NCBI GenBank assembly: GCA_963777165.1
Contig: CAVZPO010000023.1
Span: 479,644 to 543,643, forward strand
DNA from: an uncultured Chloroflexia bacterium
GTDB taxonomy: Bacteria > Chloroflexota > Anaerolineae > Anaerolineales > E44-bin32
Direction: 5' to 3'
DNA: 64,000 nt
The first letter of the stretch is position 1. The number at the start of each line of letters is the position of its first letter. Made by a program: the position numbers and the translations under genes. The notes under the pieces were generated by a model. That model saw nothing but the letters and a program-made list of their open reading frames with translations, was not told the DNA's origin and made no database searches. This document shows, piece after piece, positions 17,441 through 26,310 of the stretch.

Positions 17441-18475
17441 CTAGCTCTTCAAGTACTCGTCCAGCGCTTCGCGGCTGATGCGGAAGGAATTGCCGATCTT
17501 CTTCGCCTTCAGCTGTTTGGCGCCGATCGCGGCGACGACGTCTTCCTCGGAGACCTTGAGGTAGGTGGCGGCCTCGGCGGGCGTCATCACATCCGGCACG
17601 GCGGCGGAAGCGGCGGGCGTCCCGCGGTTCTGTGCGCCCTTCGAAAGCGCGTCGCCCAGGACGTTCCCGATGCCCAGCCCGGCGCCGATCCCGGCCGTCA
17701 GGCCGGCTCCACCGGATGGGTTCTGCGCCGCATCGCGCATGGCGTCGGCGGCTTGAAGCTGCGTGTAGGTCGCCACATCCAACATCCCCATGGCGCGCAG
17801 TTCCTCGGCCGACTTCTCCGACGGCTTAAGGCTCTCGATGTAGAACGCCTTGAGCGTCAGCCCCAATGCCTTGAAATCGTCCTGCGCCTTGGCGCGGACG
17901 CCGGCGCCGATCTCCTCCACCAGGGCGATCAGCTCCGGGACGGTCTTGGCGGCGGTCGTCTCGCCCAGCAGGTCCTGAAGCTTGGACAGCAGCATCGAGC
18001 GCAGCCGGCTCTGGATGTCGGCCGTCCGGTAGGTTCCGCTGGTGCCGACGATCTGGGTGACGAACTGCTGCGGATCCGAGACCTGGAACCCGAACGTGCC
18101 GTAGCCCTGGAGCAGGGCCACGCCCAGCCCCATGCCCGAATTGCGGACGATGATCGGTTGCGGCGTGCCCCACTTCTGATCGGCGAACTCCCGCATCGAG
18201 ACGAAGTACACCTCGGCCGTGAACGGGGAGCGATCGTTGAACGCCTTCCCGATGAAGTTGATCAGCCCCGGGATGTTGGCTGTCGTGATCGTATGGCGGC
18301 CGGCATCGAAGGTGTCCAGCGCTTTGCCGTCGCGGAAGAACACCGCTGACTGCGCCTCGCGCACGATGACTTGCGAGCCGATGCGAAAATCGCCGGCGCC
18401 GGTCTCGGGGATGCGGTGGACGATCTCATCCCGCATCTCATTCGGGTACTCTACGACATCGAAAATCCTGGCCAT
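17441..18475 (-). CDS. SPFH (YdjI/band-7-like) domain protein with a C-terminal excisionase-type HTH
   Basis: GSQVIVREAQSAVFFRDGKALDTF, SPFTAEVYFV, KWGTPQPI (YdjI-type SPFH). Gly-rich linker, then VMTPAEAATYLKVSEEDV...KIGNSFRISREALDEYL (HTH_17-like). GGAGG RBS. Confidence 0.85.
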   Translation of the reverse strand: MARIFDVVEYPNEMRDEIVHRIPETGAGDFRIGSQVIVREAQSAVFFRDGKALDTFDAGRHTITTANIPGLINFIGKAFNDRSPFTAEVYFVSMREFADQKWGTPQPIIVRNSGMGLGVALLQGYGTFGFQVSDPQQFVTQIVGTSGTYRTADIQSRLRSMLLSKLQDLLGETTAAKTVPELIALVEEIGAGVRAKAQDDFKALGLTLKAFYIESLKPSEKSAEELRAMGMLDVATYTQLQAADAMRDAAQNPSGGAGLTAGIGAGLGIGNVLGDALSKGAQNRGTPAASAAVPDVMTPAEAATYLKVSEEDVVAAIGAKQLKAKKIGNSFRISREALDEYLKS

Positions 18476-18496
18476 GTCTCATCTCCTCCCGGAGGG

Positions 18497-19018
18497 CTAC
18501 GCCTGGGTGGCGAGGATCACTTCCTCGCGGCGGTTGTAGGCGTCCACGACGTCCTGGCTCAGGGACACCAGGTTGCGGATGGCGGCCGGCAGGCCGTCGG
18601 TTCCCAGCGAAGCGTTCAGGTTGTCGACCGCATCGGAGATCCGCTTGACATTCTCCAGCAGGGTCGAGTCGTACTCGTAGATCCTGGTGAGCTCCGCCTC
18701 GTTGACGCGGACGGCGTCGAAGAACCCGCTGTAGCCGTACGAGGCGTGGCGGGCGCGGTCGACGAAGGCGCGCAGCTTGATGTTGGCCGCCTCCAGGTCG
18801 TCGACGAATTCCAGCTTGCCTTCTGAGATCAGCTGGCGCTGAAGCTGCGAGATCCGGTCCCACTGCTCCTCGTAGCGCTGGGCGATCGTCTGGCGCAGAA
18901 GCTTGTCCGCTTCGCGCCGGTTCTCGCGCTCCAGGTACCCGGTGAAGCCGGCAAGCCAGTTGCGGATCTTGCCGATCAGGTCCTTGCCTTCGGTGATCTT
19001 GCCGAGTGGATCGCTCAT
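18497..19018 (-). CDS. Conserved all-helical hypothetical protein
   Basis: 173-aa ORF with GAGGAG RBS, co-oriented with the SPFH gene. GFTGYLERENRREADKLLR and ASYGYSGFFDAVRV blocks, coiled-coil-like. Confidence 0.8.
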   Translation of the reverse strand: MSDPLGKITEGKDLIGKIRNWLAGFTGYLERENRREADKLLRQTIAQRYEEQWDRISQLQRQLISEGKLEFVDDLEAANIKLRAFVDRARHASYGYSGFFDAVRVNEAELTRIYEYDSTLLENVKRISDAVDNLNASLGTDGLPAAIRNLVSLSQDVVDAYNRREEVILATQA

Positions 19019-19065
19019 CCTTTTACTCCTCGTCCCGCCCTTAGGCGCGCTGTACTTCTGTGACT

Positions 19066-19094
19066 ATTATAGGGGGGAGCCCGGCCGGGGGCAA
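19066..19094 (-). promoter_or_regulatory. Sigma70-type promoter of the helical protein-SPFH operon
   Basis: TTGCCC-N17-TATAAT on the minus strand. A divergent TATAAT on + at 19132-19137 precedes the aldolase gene. Confidence 0.55.
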
Positions 19095-19171
19095 TCACCA
19101 GCCTGACCTCAGGCTGACAGGCTCGGCCGGGTATAATCCCCTCGCACAGCTCATCTCTCCAGGAGAGTCCC

Positions 19172-20596
19172 ATGGATCTGTTTGAAGCCCTGCAACGCGC
19201 CGCGCAGCCTTTGGGCGACTCGGTGCGTGTCGCCGCCGGTCCGGCGGTGACTATTCTGAACGCCGCCTCCCTGCGCCAGCGGATCGGCGCGCTGGTGGAG
19301 AGTGCGGTCTTCGGCAAGGAACCGCACCGCAGCCTGGCCCGCTGGCTGATCCGTGAGCTGGCGATCGCTGCCGGTGCACCTCCCAGCTCCATCCAGGAGC
19401 TGTATCTGGCCCGGGGACGCGGGGAAACGCGCGACACCTTCACCGTCCCGGCCATGAACCTGCGCGCCCTCCCCTACCATGCTGCCCGCGCCGTGTTCCG
19501 TGCCGCGACCAAGGCGAATGCCAAGGCCATGATCTTCGAGCTGGCCCGCTCGGAGATGGGCTACACCGACCAGCGGCCGGCCGAGTACGCCGCCTGTGTC
19601 TTGGGCGCCGCCATCGCTGAAGGCTACCAGGGGCCGGTGTTCATCCAGGGCGACCACTTCCAGATCAGCGCCAAGAAGTACGCCTCCAAGCCGGCAGAGG
19701 AGGCTCAAGCCGTCCGCGCGCTGATCCAGGAAGCTATCTCGTCCGGCTTCTTCAACATCGACATCGATACCTCGACCCTGGTCGACCTGAGCAAGGCTAC
19801 CATCCCCGAGCAGCAGAAGGTGAACAGCGGGCTGTGCGCCGAGTTCACGGCGCACGTTCGCTCGCTGCAGCCGGCCGGGGTTGTGATTTCGGTGGGCGGC
19901 GAGATCGGCGAGGTCGGCGGGCACAACAGCACCGAGCCGGAACTGCGGGCATTCATGGACGGATACAACGTGGCGCTCAAGGCGCTCGCCCCGACATCCC
20001 CTGGCTTGTCCAAGATCAGCATTCAAACCGGCACTTCCCACGGCGGCGTCGTGCTGCCCGACGGCACGATCGCCAAGGTCAAGGTCGACTTCGGGACGCT
20101 CAGCCAGCTCTCGAAGGTTGCCAAGCAATATGCCATGGGCGGAGCGGTCCAGCACGGCGCCTCCACCCTACCGGAGGAGGCCTTCTCCAAGTTCTCCGAA
20201 GCCGGGGCGCTCGAAGTCCATCTGGCGACCAACTTCCAGAACATGCTCTACGATCGACTCCCGGACGCGCTGCTCACGGAGGTCTACGCCTTCCTAACCC
20301 AGAACCACAGCGATGAGCGCAAGGAAGGCCAGACGGATGAGCAGTTCTACTACAACGCCCGCAAGCGCGCCCTCGGACCGTTCAAGCAGAAGTTCTGGCA
20401 GCTGCCGGCCGCGACGCTGAAGGCAATCGAGGACGCCTGGCAGCAGCAGTTCGAGCTCCTGTTCGAACGGTTGGACATTGGAGGGACACAGGTCGAGGTT
20501 GATCGTTTCGTCCACCCGGTGCCGGTGCGCGTGCCTCTGGCCGAGTACCTGCGCGAAGCCGGAGTGGCCGAGGACGTCAAGGACCTTGCGGATTGA
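19172..20596 (+). CDS. Class II fructose/tagatose-bisphosphate aldolase family protein
   Basis: TVPAMN, FIQGDHFQ, NIDIDTS, GEIGEVGG, QTGTSHGG, VQHGAST (metal-binding His residues). AGGAG RBS. Confidence 0.85.
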   Translation: MDLFEALQRAAQPLGDSVRVAAGPAVTILNAASLRQRIGALVESAVFGKEPHRSLARWLIRELAIAAGAPPSSIQELYLARGRGETRDTFTVPAMNLRALPYHAARAVFRAATKANAKAMIFELARSEMGYTDQRPAEYAACVLGAAIAEGYQGPVFIQGDHFQISAKKYASKPAEEAQAVRALIQEAISSGFFNIDIDTSTLVDLSKATIPEQQKVNSGLCAEFTAHVRSLQPAGVVISVGGEIGEVGGHNSTEPELRAFMDGYNVALKALAPTSPGLSKISIQTGTSHGGVVLPDGTIAKVKVDFGTLSQLSKVAKQYAMGGAVQHGASTLPEEAFSKFSEAGALEVHLATNFQNMLYDRLPDALLTEVYAFLTQNHSDERKEGQTDEQFYYNARKRALGPFKQKFWQLPAATLKAIEDAWQQQFELLFERLDIGGTQVEVDRFVHPVPVRVPLAEYLREAGVAEDVKDLAD

Positions 20597-20606
20597 CGTC
20601 GGTGCG

Positions 20607-21113
20607 ATGATGACCGACGGGCAGCGGCTCGATCCCTCTCGGTACACCATCGTCCCGCGGACACTGTCATTTCTGGTGCGCGGCGATCAAGTGCTGCTGC
20701 TCCGCCTGAGCCCCGATCGCGGCGATTGGGCCGGGAAGTTCAACGGCCTGGGCGGCCATGTCGAAGCTGGCGAAGATGTTTTGAGCTCAGCCCGGCGGGA
20801 GATCCGCGAGGAAGCGGGGCTCTCGCCGGGCGATTTGCGCTTGTGCGGCACCGTCCTGTTCGACACCGGACGGGTCCCGGGCATCGGGCTGTACGTCTGC
20901 GTCGGCGGTGCGGAGGCCCGGGAGGAGCCGCGCGCGGGCCCCGAGGGCGAGCCGATCTGGGTGGACACACACCAGCTTTCCAGCCTGCCTCTGGTCGAAG
21001 ATCTCTCCGTGCTGTTGCCCCGCGCCCTCGAGTGCTACCGCACCCACACCTGCTTCTCCGCGCGCTCACGACTCGACGACGACGGTTCGCTCCGCGTCGT
21101 GTTCGGGACCTGA
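20607..21113 (+). CDS. NUDIX hydrolase (MutT-like)
   Basis: Nudix box GGHVEAGEDVLSSARREIREEAGL. Confidence 0.9.
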   Translation: MMTDGQRLDPSRYTIVPRTLSFLVRGDQVLLLRLSPDRGDWAGKFNGLGGHVEAGEDVLSSARREIREEAGLSPGDLRLCGTVLFDTGRVPGIGLYVCVGGAEAREEPRAGPEGEPIWVDTHQLSSLPLVEDLSVLLPRALECYRTHTCFSARSRLDDDGSLRVVFGT

Positions 21114-21119
21114 ACGCGG

Positions 21120-22040
21120 ATGGTCCGCCCGCGACGCACCCTTGCATGGTACGGCTGGATCGGGATCGCCTGGCTCCTGGCGAGCGAAGCCATGCTGCTG
21201 TTGGGCAACCGGTGGGTCGCCACATGGTTCACCCCGCTGATGTGGACCGGGTACATCCTGGCGATCGACGCCGTTGTCGTCTGGCGCGGCGGCGCATCCT
21301 GGCTGACCTCCCGCCGGCGCGAATTACCCCTGATGGTGCTGCTGTCCGTCGGCGTCTGGGTCCTGTTTGAGGCCTACAACTTCCACCTGAAGAACTGGAC
21401 TTACATCAACGTCCCGCAGAGTGCATTGGTGCGGCTGGTGGCCCTCTTCTGGTCCTTCGCCACCATCATGCCGGGCGTGTTCGAAACTGCCGATCTGTTT
21501 CGAACCTTCCTGCCCGATCGTCGCCGACCTTCATCCCCCGACCTCCCGGGCAACGCCGCTCTTGCCATCTGGTTCACGGTCGGTGTGGCGCTGGTCACCA
21601 TCCCCCTCGCTGTCTCCCCGGCGGCGGCGCCGTACTTGTTTGCGGCGGTCTGGCTCGGTTTCATCCCGCTGCTTGAGCCGGTGCTCGAGCGACTTGGCGT
21701 TCGCAGCGCCAGCGGCGAGTGGCTACGGGGAGACCGACGGCCGGCAGCCGCCCTTCTGTTGGGCGGATTCGTGTGCGGGCTGCTCTGGGAGGCCTGGAAC
21801 TACCAGGCCTACGCACACTACGGCGCGTATTGGGTCTACACCATCCCTCAGGCGCTGCGCCTCTTCGGGTTGCACTATGGGCAGATGCCGGCGCTTGGCC
21901 TGGGCGGGTTTCCCCCGTTTGCCCTCGAGCTCCACGCCTTCTACCTGACATTCAAGGCACTCCTCGGCGGCGCTCGCGTCTTCGGCGGAGCGTCAGACGA
22001 GCGTGAACCTGGAGGTCGGGAGCTACCCGAGGCTGCCTGA
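21120..22040 (+). CDS. Multi-pass membrane protein of unknown function with an internal duplication
   Basis: About 8 hydrophobic helices. Repeated motif FEAYNFHLKNWTY / WEAWNYQ...YWVY. C-terminal MPALGLGGFPPFALE. Confidence 0.75.
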   Translation: MVRPRRTLAWYGWIGIAWLLASEAMLLLGNRWVATWFTPLMWTGYILAIDAVVVWRGGASWLTSRRRELPLMVLLSVGVWVLFEAYNFHLKNWTYINVPQSALVRLVALFWSFATIMPGVFETADLFRTFLPDRRRPSSPDLPGNAALAIWFTVGVALVTIPLAVSPAAAPYLFAAVWLGFIPLLEPVLERLGVRSASGEWLRGDRRPAAALLLGGFVCGLLWEAWNYQAYAHYGAYWVYTIPQALRLFGLHYGQMPALGLGGFPPFALELHAFYLTFKALLGGARVFGGASDEREPGGRELPEAA

Positions 22041-22080
22041 CGCGCGCCTGCATCGTTCGCCGGCCAGAACATTTAGTTAG

Positions 22081-22222
22081 ATCCAAGGCGGTGCGCAGTC
22101 AGCAGTGGCGGGCGAGGGCACCAACGCCCTTCAGGTGACTCCATTCGAATCACGTCTCAGGAACGGACCTTTGCGCCTGCTTGAGCAGACTGCCGCGATG
22201 GGTCCTCCGACTCTGCGTGGAT
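22081..22222. ncRNA. Candidate structured RNA between convergent genes
   Basis: Nested complementarity ATCCA/TGGAT, GCAGTC/GACTGC and GGCGGGCG/CGCCTGCT (G-U pairs favour the + strand), with inner hairpin AGGGC-ACCAAC-GCCCT. Confidence 0.25.
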
Positions 22223-22225
22223 TGC

Positions 22226-22789
22226 TCAGCTTCCGGGGAAATCGTAGAACACAAGGAGCGTGCTTCCGTACTTTCGGCGATCGGACTCCCTCAAGTGCAC
22301 AAGAGGAATCTCGCGCAGCTCCTTCGGGTGAACCTGGACGATAGCCCAGGCATCGGGATTGAGCCACCCGGGATGGGCGTCCAGAGCACTCAAGGCGCGC
22401 GACCAGAAGTCATGATATTGCGGGGGTGCGATGTAGACGTAGTCGAACGCGCGGTGCGGCCTTCGCTCCAGAAGCTCGAACGCGTCCGCCCGCACCACCT
22501 CCGCTCGCTCACCCAGGCCGGTCGACGCGAGATTGGCGTGAACTGTGGCGATTGCGCGAGGGTCCTTATCCACCAGGACACTCCCGGCCGCGCCACGGCT
22601 TACTGCCTCGATCCCCACGCTGCCGGTTCCGGCGAACAGATCCAGAAACCACGCGCCTGGCAGGTCCGGCCCCAGGATATCGAAGAGTGAGACCTTGACC
22701 CGGTCGCTGATCGGGCGCGTGCCCTCTCCAGGCACCATTCGCAGCCTGCGCCCTTTTGCCGATCCGCCGATCACCCGAAGCCCCGCCAT
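22226..22789 (-). CDS. rsmD: 16S rRNA (guanine966-N2)-methyltransferase
   Basis: LRVIGGSAKGRRL, TRPISDRVK, LDLFAGTGSVGIEAVSRGA, YIAPPQY, RKYGST. Confidence 0.9.
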   Translation of the reverse strand: MAGLRVIGGSAKGRRLRMVPGEGTRPISDRVKVSLFDILGPDLPGAWFLDLFAGTGSVGIEAVSRGAAGSVLVDKDPRAIATVHANLASTGLGERAEVVRADAFELLERRPHRAFDYVYIAPPQYHDFWSRALSALDAHPGWLNPDAWAIVQVHPKELREIPLVHLRESDRRKYGSTLLVFYDFPGS

Positions 22790-22856
22790 GTCGTTCTGCG
22801 CGTAGCCTTTCCAGCTCGGAGTGGGGATTGTGTGCCAGGTCGAGCTGCGGAGGTGG

Positions 22857-23843
22857 CTATGCGCAGTCGACTGCGCGGCGAGCGGCCAGAAAATTGCCCC
22901 GCGGCGCCAGCACGGGCACCACACACCCCGTTCCCAGAATGAAGCCCCGGCCGCCTTGCGTCGCCTTGATGGCGGACGCCGCTTCACGCGCTACCAACCG
23001 CGGATCGCCGAGCACCATCGTCTCCTGGCGCCTCAAGCCACCGCACAGCGCCAACTGCGTCATCCGCCTGGCTTCGGACAGAGACGGCGCTGTCTCCCGG
23101 TCATGCCAGTTGATCACCTGGACCGGGTAGGTCGTCGCCAGATCGAACATGATCGCCTCACCGTGCAGGTGCAGGACATTGAGCCACAACCCGCCAGCCG
23201 CCTCGAGCACACGGCGGTCGAACGGCTCGCCGAACTGCGAGTAGGCCGGGCGATCCATCAGCCGATAGGTGGCCAGCTGGGCGGCATAGAACACGCCTGA
23301 GATACCGTACTTGCGCGCGGCCTCCACATACGCAACCGTCGTCTGCGTGATCACTTCCAGGGCGCGCAGCACGCGCTGCGGATCGCGCCGCAGGTGCTCG
23401 AACAGGCGCTCCTCCCCCGCCAGATGCTTGGCTTGTGAGAGGGGGCTAAACACGGTCTGGATATAGGGCACATCCTCACCGCAGCGGTCGCGCAGCCTGG
23501 CGAGGCACTTCAGGTGCGCCCCCAGCCAGCCGCGCACTGGCGACAACGGCTTGAGGCGCAACCAGTCGCGTGGCTGGTCGATCACGGTGCGCGTGTACTC
23601 CCGCGTTCCCTCCGGATCGCCCCTCCAGGCGTCCTCGACGCCCCAATCCTTGACGGAAAACGACGACGCCGGAGTGACCTTGATGAAGTCGAAATCGAAT
23701 TGCGCCTGGAAGTCGAGCGCGGCATCCGCCAGGGTTAGCGGGTCTTGATCATCCACCGGAAAGTGACGCCAGAGCGCCACCGGAGGTCGATCGGCTTTCT
23801 CACCCGCCAACGCAGCCTGGAGCCGCTCGCGCCTGGTCGTCAT
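22857..23843 (-). CDS. Uroporphyrinogen decarboxylase-like (URO-D/MtaA superfamily) protein
   Basis: RERLQAALAGEKADRPPV, QTVFSPLS, LHLHG, GFILGTGC. Lacks the canonical HemE RQAGRY motif. Confidence 0.8.
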   Translation of the reverse strand: MTTRRERLQAALAGEKADRPPVALWRHFPVDDQDPLTLADAALDFQAQFDFDFIKVTPASSFSVKDWGVEDAWRGDPEGTREYTRTVIDQPRDWLRLKPLSPVRGWLGAHLKCLARLRDRCGEDVPYIQTVFSPLSQAKHLAGEERLFEHLRRDPQRVLRALEVITQTTVAYVEAARKYGISGVFYAAQLATYRLMDRPAYSQFGEPFDRRVLEAAGGLWLNVLHLHGEAIMFDLATTYPVQVINWHDRETAPSLSEARRMTQLALCGGLRRQETMVLGDPRLVAREAASAIKATQGGRGFILGTGCVVPVLAPRGNFLAARRAVDCA

Positions 23844-24232
23844 GTTCGAATCCAGGTCTCTGGCTCCAGATCCCACTTGCCGCGTTCGATCCAGTTGACC
23901 TGACCAACCGCCAGACGGCGAAGCATGGCCCCCCGGACAGCGTCCTGCATGGCCGGCAGGGCGGCTGCGGCAGCCCTGAATGCCGCCACAGCCGCATCTC
24001 CGTCCCCGGCCGCTTTGAGCGCCATGCCAAGAAGGTAACTAGGCTCCGGATCTGATGGCGAGCGGTTCCGGCACTCCTGTGCCGCCTCTGCCGCCTGAGG
24101 ATATCTGCCGGCGCCGTACAACGCCCACCCCAAGCGGAGCCAGGCCGCCGCATCGGAACCCGGAGCTCGCACTTCCTGCTCGAGCTGCTCGATCGTCGGA
24201 AGACTGGGCGCACGATCTTGTGTGGGCGTCAC
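23840..24232 (-). CDS. Small TPR protein
   Basis: AWLRLGWALYGAGRYPQAAEA and PSYLLGMALKAAGDGDAAVAAF repeats. GTG start inferred; the stop overlaps the start of the URO-D-like gene. Confidence 0.7.
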   Translation of the reverse strand: MTPTQDRAPSLPTIEQLEQEVRAPGSDAAAWLRLGWALYGAGRYPQAAEAAQECRNRSPSDPEPSYLLGMALKAAGDGDAAVAAFRAAAAALPAMQDAVRGAMLRRLAVGQVNWIERGKWDLEPETWIRT

Positions 24233-24248
24233 GCGGCCCCCCCCTTCT

Positions 24249-25148
24249 TCACCGCTTCCCCTTGCGTCGAGGCTTGCGGGAGCCGCCGGCCACCAACTCG
24301 GCAATCGCATCCGGATGCGGCGCGACCTTGACCCCGGCCGACTCGAGTGCCTTGACTTTGTCTTCCGCCAATCCCGACCCACCTTCCACTATTGCCCCCG
24401 CATGGCCCATGCGTTTTCCGGGCGGCGCCGTCCGGCCGGCAATGAAACCGACGACCGACTTGGTCATCCGATCGCTGATGAACTCGGCCGCCCGCTCTTC
24501 ATCGGTGCCGCCGATCTCCCCAATCATGACCACCGATTCCGTCCGGGCATCGTCCTCGAACATCTCCAGGGCGTCGATGAACGACGTCCCATTGATCGGG
24601 TCCCCGCCGATGCCGACGCACGTGGAGACCCCCAAGCCGCGGGCTTTGAGGGCATAGAGAACCTCGTAGGTCAGTGTCCCGGAACGCGAGACAACACCTA
24701 CGCCGCCGGCCGAGGCGATGTGCCCCGGGATGATCCCGACCTTGCACTCTCCCGGCGTCAGCAGCCCCGGGCAGTTCGGCCCCACCAGGCGAGTGCCCAG
24801 CTGATCGAGGTACCGGCGCACCTGCATCATGTCCTGGACCGGCACGCCCTCCGTGATGCAGACGATCAGCGGGACGCCGGCGTCTGCGGCTTCGAGCATG
24901 GAGTCGGCCGCTGCCTTAGCCGGAACGAACAGGATCGAGCAGTTGGCGCCGGTCGCCTCGACCGCCATCTTGGCCGTGTCGAACACGGGCACCTTCCCCT
25001 CCAGCACCCACTCCCCACCCTTGCCGGGCGTCATCCCGGCGACGATCTTCGTCCCGTACTCCATCATCTGGGCCGCATGGAACATCCCCTCACGGCCGGT
25101 GATGCCGTGCACCATCAGGCGCGTGGCCTTGTTGACCAGGATGCTCAT
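24249..25148 (-). CDS. sucD: Succinyl-CoA synthetase alpha subunit
   Basis: [46 protein letters not shown] (phospho-His). Confidence 0.97.
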   Translation of the reverse strand: MSILVNKATRLMVHGITGREGMFHAAQMMEYGTKIVAGMTPGKGGEWVLEGKVPVFDTAKMAVEATGANCSILFVPAKAAADSMLEAADAGVPLIVCITEGVPVQDMMQVRRYLDQLGTRLVGPNCPGLLTPGECKVGIIPGHIASAGGVGVVSRSGTLTYEVLYALKARGLGVSTCVGIGGDPINGTSFIDALEMFEDDARTESVVMIGEIGGTDEERAAEFISDRMTKSVVGFIAGRTAPPGKRMGHAGAIVEGGSGLAEDKVKALESAGVKVAPHPDAIAELVAGGSRKPRRKGKR

Positions 25149-26290
25149 GCCGCCACCCCCTGGCGCGTCAGCGCCACGGCCTTCTCGGCCGCCTCGAACA
25201 GCGACGTCGCCGTGATCATCTGTTTCTCCGCCAGAAGCTGCCGGCCTTCGGCTTCGTTCGTCCCGACGAGGCGCGTGACCATCGGGATCTGCGTCGGGAC
25301 ATCCTGGAGGGCCATCAGAATCCCCCGGGCAACTTCGTCGCAGCGGGTGATGCCTCCGAAGACGTTCAGCAGCACCGCCTTGACGGCCTTGTCGGAGAGG
25401 ATGATCTCGAGCGCCGCCGCCACCTTGTCGGCCCCCGCCCCGCCGCCGATATCCAGGAAGTTGGCCGGTGCCCCGCCCGCCAGGTTGATCACGTCCATCG
25501 TCGCCATGGCCAGACCGGCGCCATTGACCATGCAGCCGATATCCCCGTCGAGCTTGACGTACGACAGCCCGTACTTGCGCGCCTCGCTCTCGGCCGGCGC
25601 TTCTTCGTCCAGGTCGCGCATCTCCGCCAGCTTCGGCCGCCGAAAGAGGGCGTTGTCGTCGACCACCATCTTTCCGTCCAGCGCCAGCAGCGTCTGTGCC
25701 TTGGTGACCACCAGGGGATTGATTTCCGCCAACGTCGCGTCGCACTCGCGGTACGCCTCATACAGGCCGAGAGCGATTTCGATAAAGGCCCGCCAGTGGT
25801 CTCGGGGCAGCTCGATCGAAGCTGCCAGGTCGCGCGCCTGATACTCGCGCAGCCCCAGCAGGGGGTCGACGTGGATTCGGGCGATCTTGGAAGGATCGGT
25901 GCGGGCGACTTCCTCGATCTCGATCCCGCCCTCGGCCGAGGCGATCATCACCGGCCGCCGCGCCGCCCGGTCGTTGGTCACGCCAAGGTAGATCTCCGCC
26001 TGGATGTTGGCCGCTTCGTCCACCAACACCTTGCGTACCGGCAGCCCCTTGATCTGCATCGCCAGGATCTGGGTGGCGATCTCCAGGGCCTCCTCAGGCG
26101 AGTTCGCCAGCCGGATGCCTCCGGCCTTTCCCCGGCCGCCCACCAGCACCTGCGCCTTGACCACGACCCGACCGTGAAGTTCTTCGGCGATCGACTTCGC
26201 CTCCGCCGCCGTCATCGCTACCCGGCCGCGGGGAATTGGGATCCCGTGCTGGGCGAACAGCTGCTTGGACTGGTACTCGTGAAGCTTCAT
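25145..26290 (-). CDS. sucC: Succinyl-CoA synthetase beta subunit
   Basis: [57 protein letters not shown]. Confidence 0.97.
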   Translation of the reverse strand: MKLHEYQSKQLFAQHGIPIPRGRVAMTAAEAKSIAEELHGRVVVKAQVLVGGRGKAGGIRLANSPEEALEIATQILAMQIKGLPVRKVLVDEAANIQAEIYLGVTNDRAARRPVMIASAEGGIEIEEVARTDPSKIARIHVDPLLGLREYQARDLAASIELPRDHWRAFIEIALGLYEAYRECDATLAEINPLVVTKAQTLLALDGKMVVDDNALFRRPKLAEMRDLDEEAPAESEARKYGLSYVKLDGDIGCMVNGAGLAMATMDVINLAGGAPANFLDIGGGAGADKVAAALEIILSDKAVKAVLLNVFGGITRCDEVARGILMALQDVPTQIPMVTRLVGTNEAEGRQLLAEKQMITATSLFEAAEKAVALTRQGVAA

Positions 26291-26310
26291 CCACGCTCCT
26301 CCCCCACAGA

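Noticed and set aside
17441..17600. Excisionase-like HTH as a sign of a mobile element
   Set aside because: It is the fused C-terminal domain of an SPFH protein, with no integrase or phage genes nearby.
22857..23843. Calling this gene hemE
   Set aside because: It lacks the RQAGR motif and has no heme-pathway neighbours, so it is assigned only to the superfamily.
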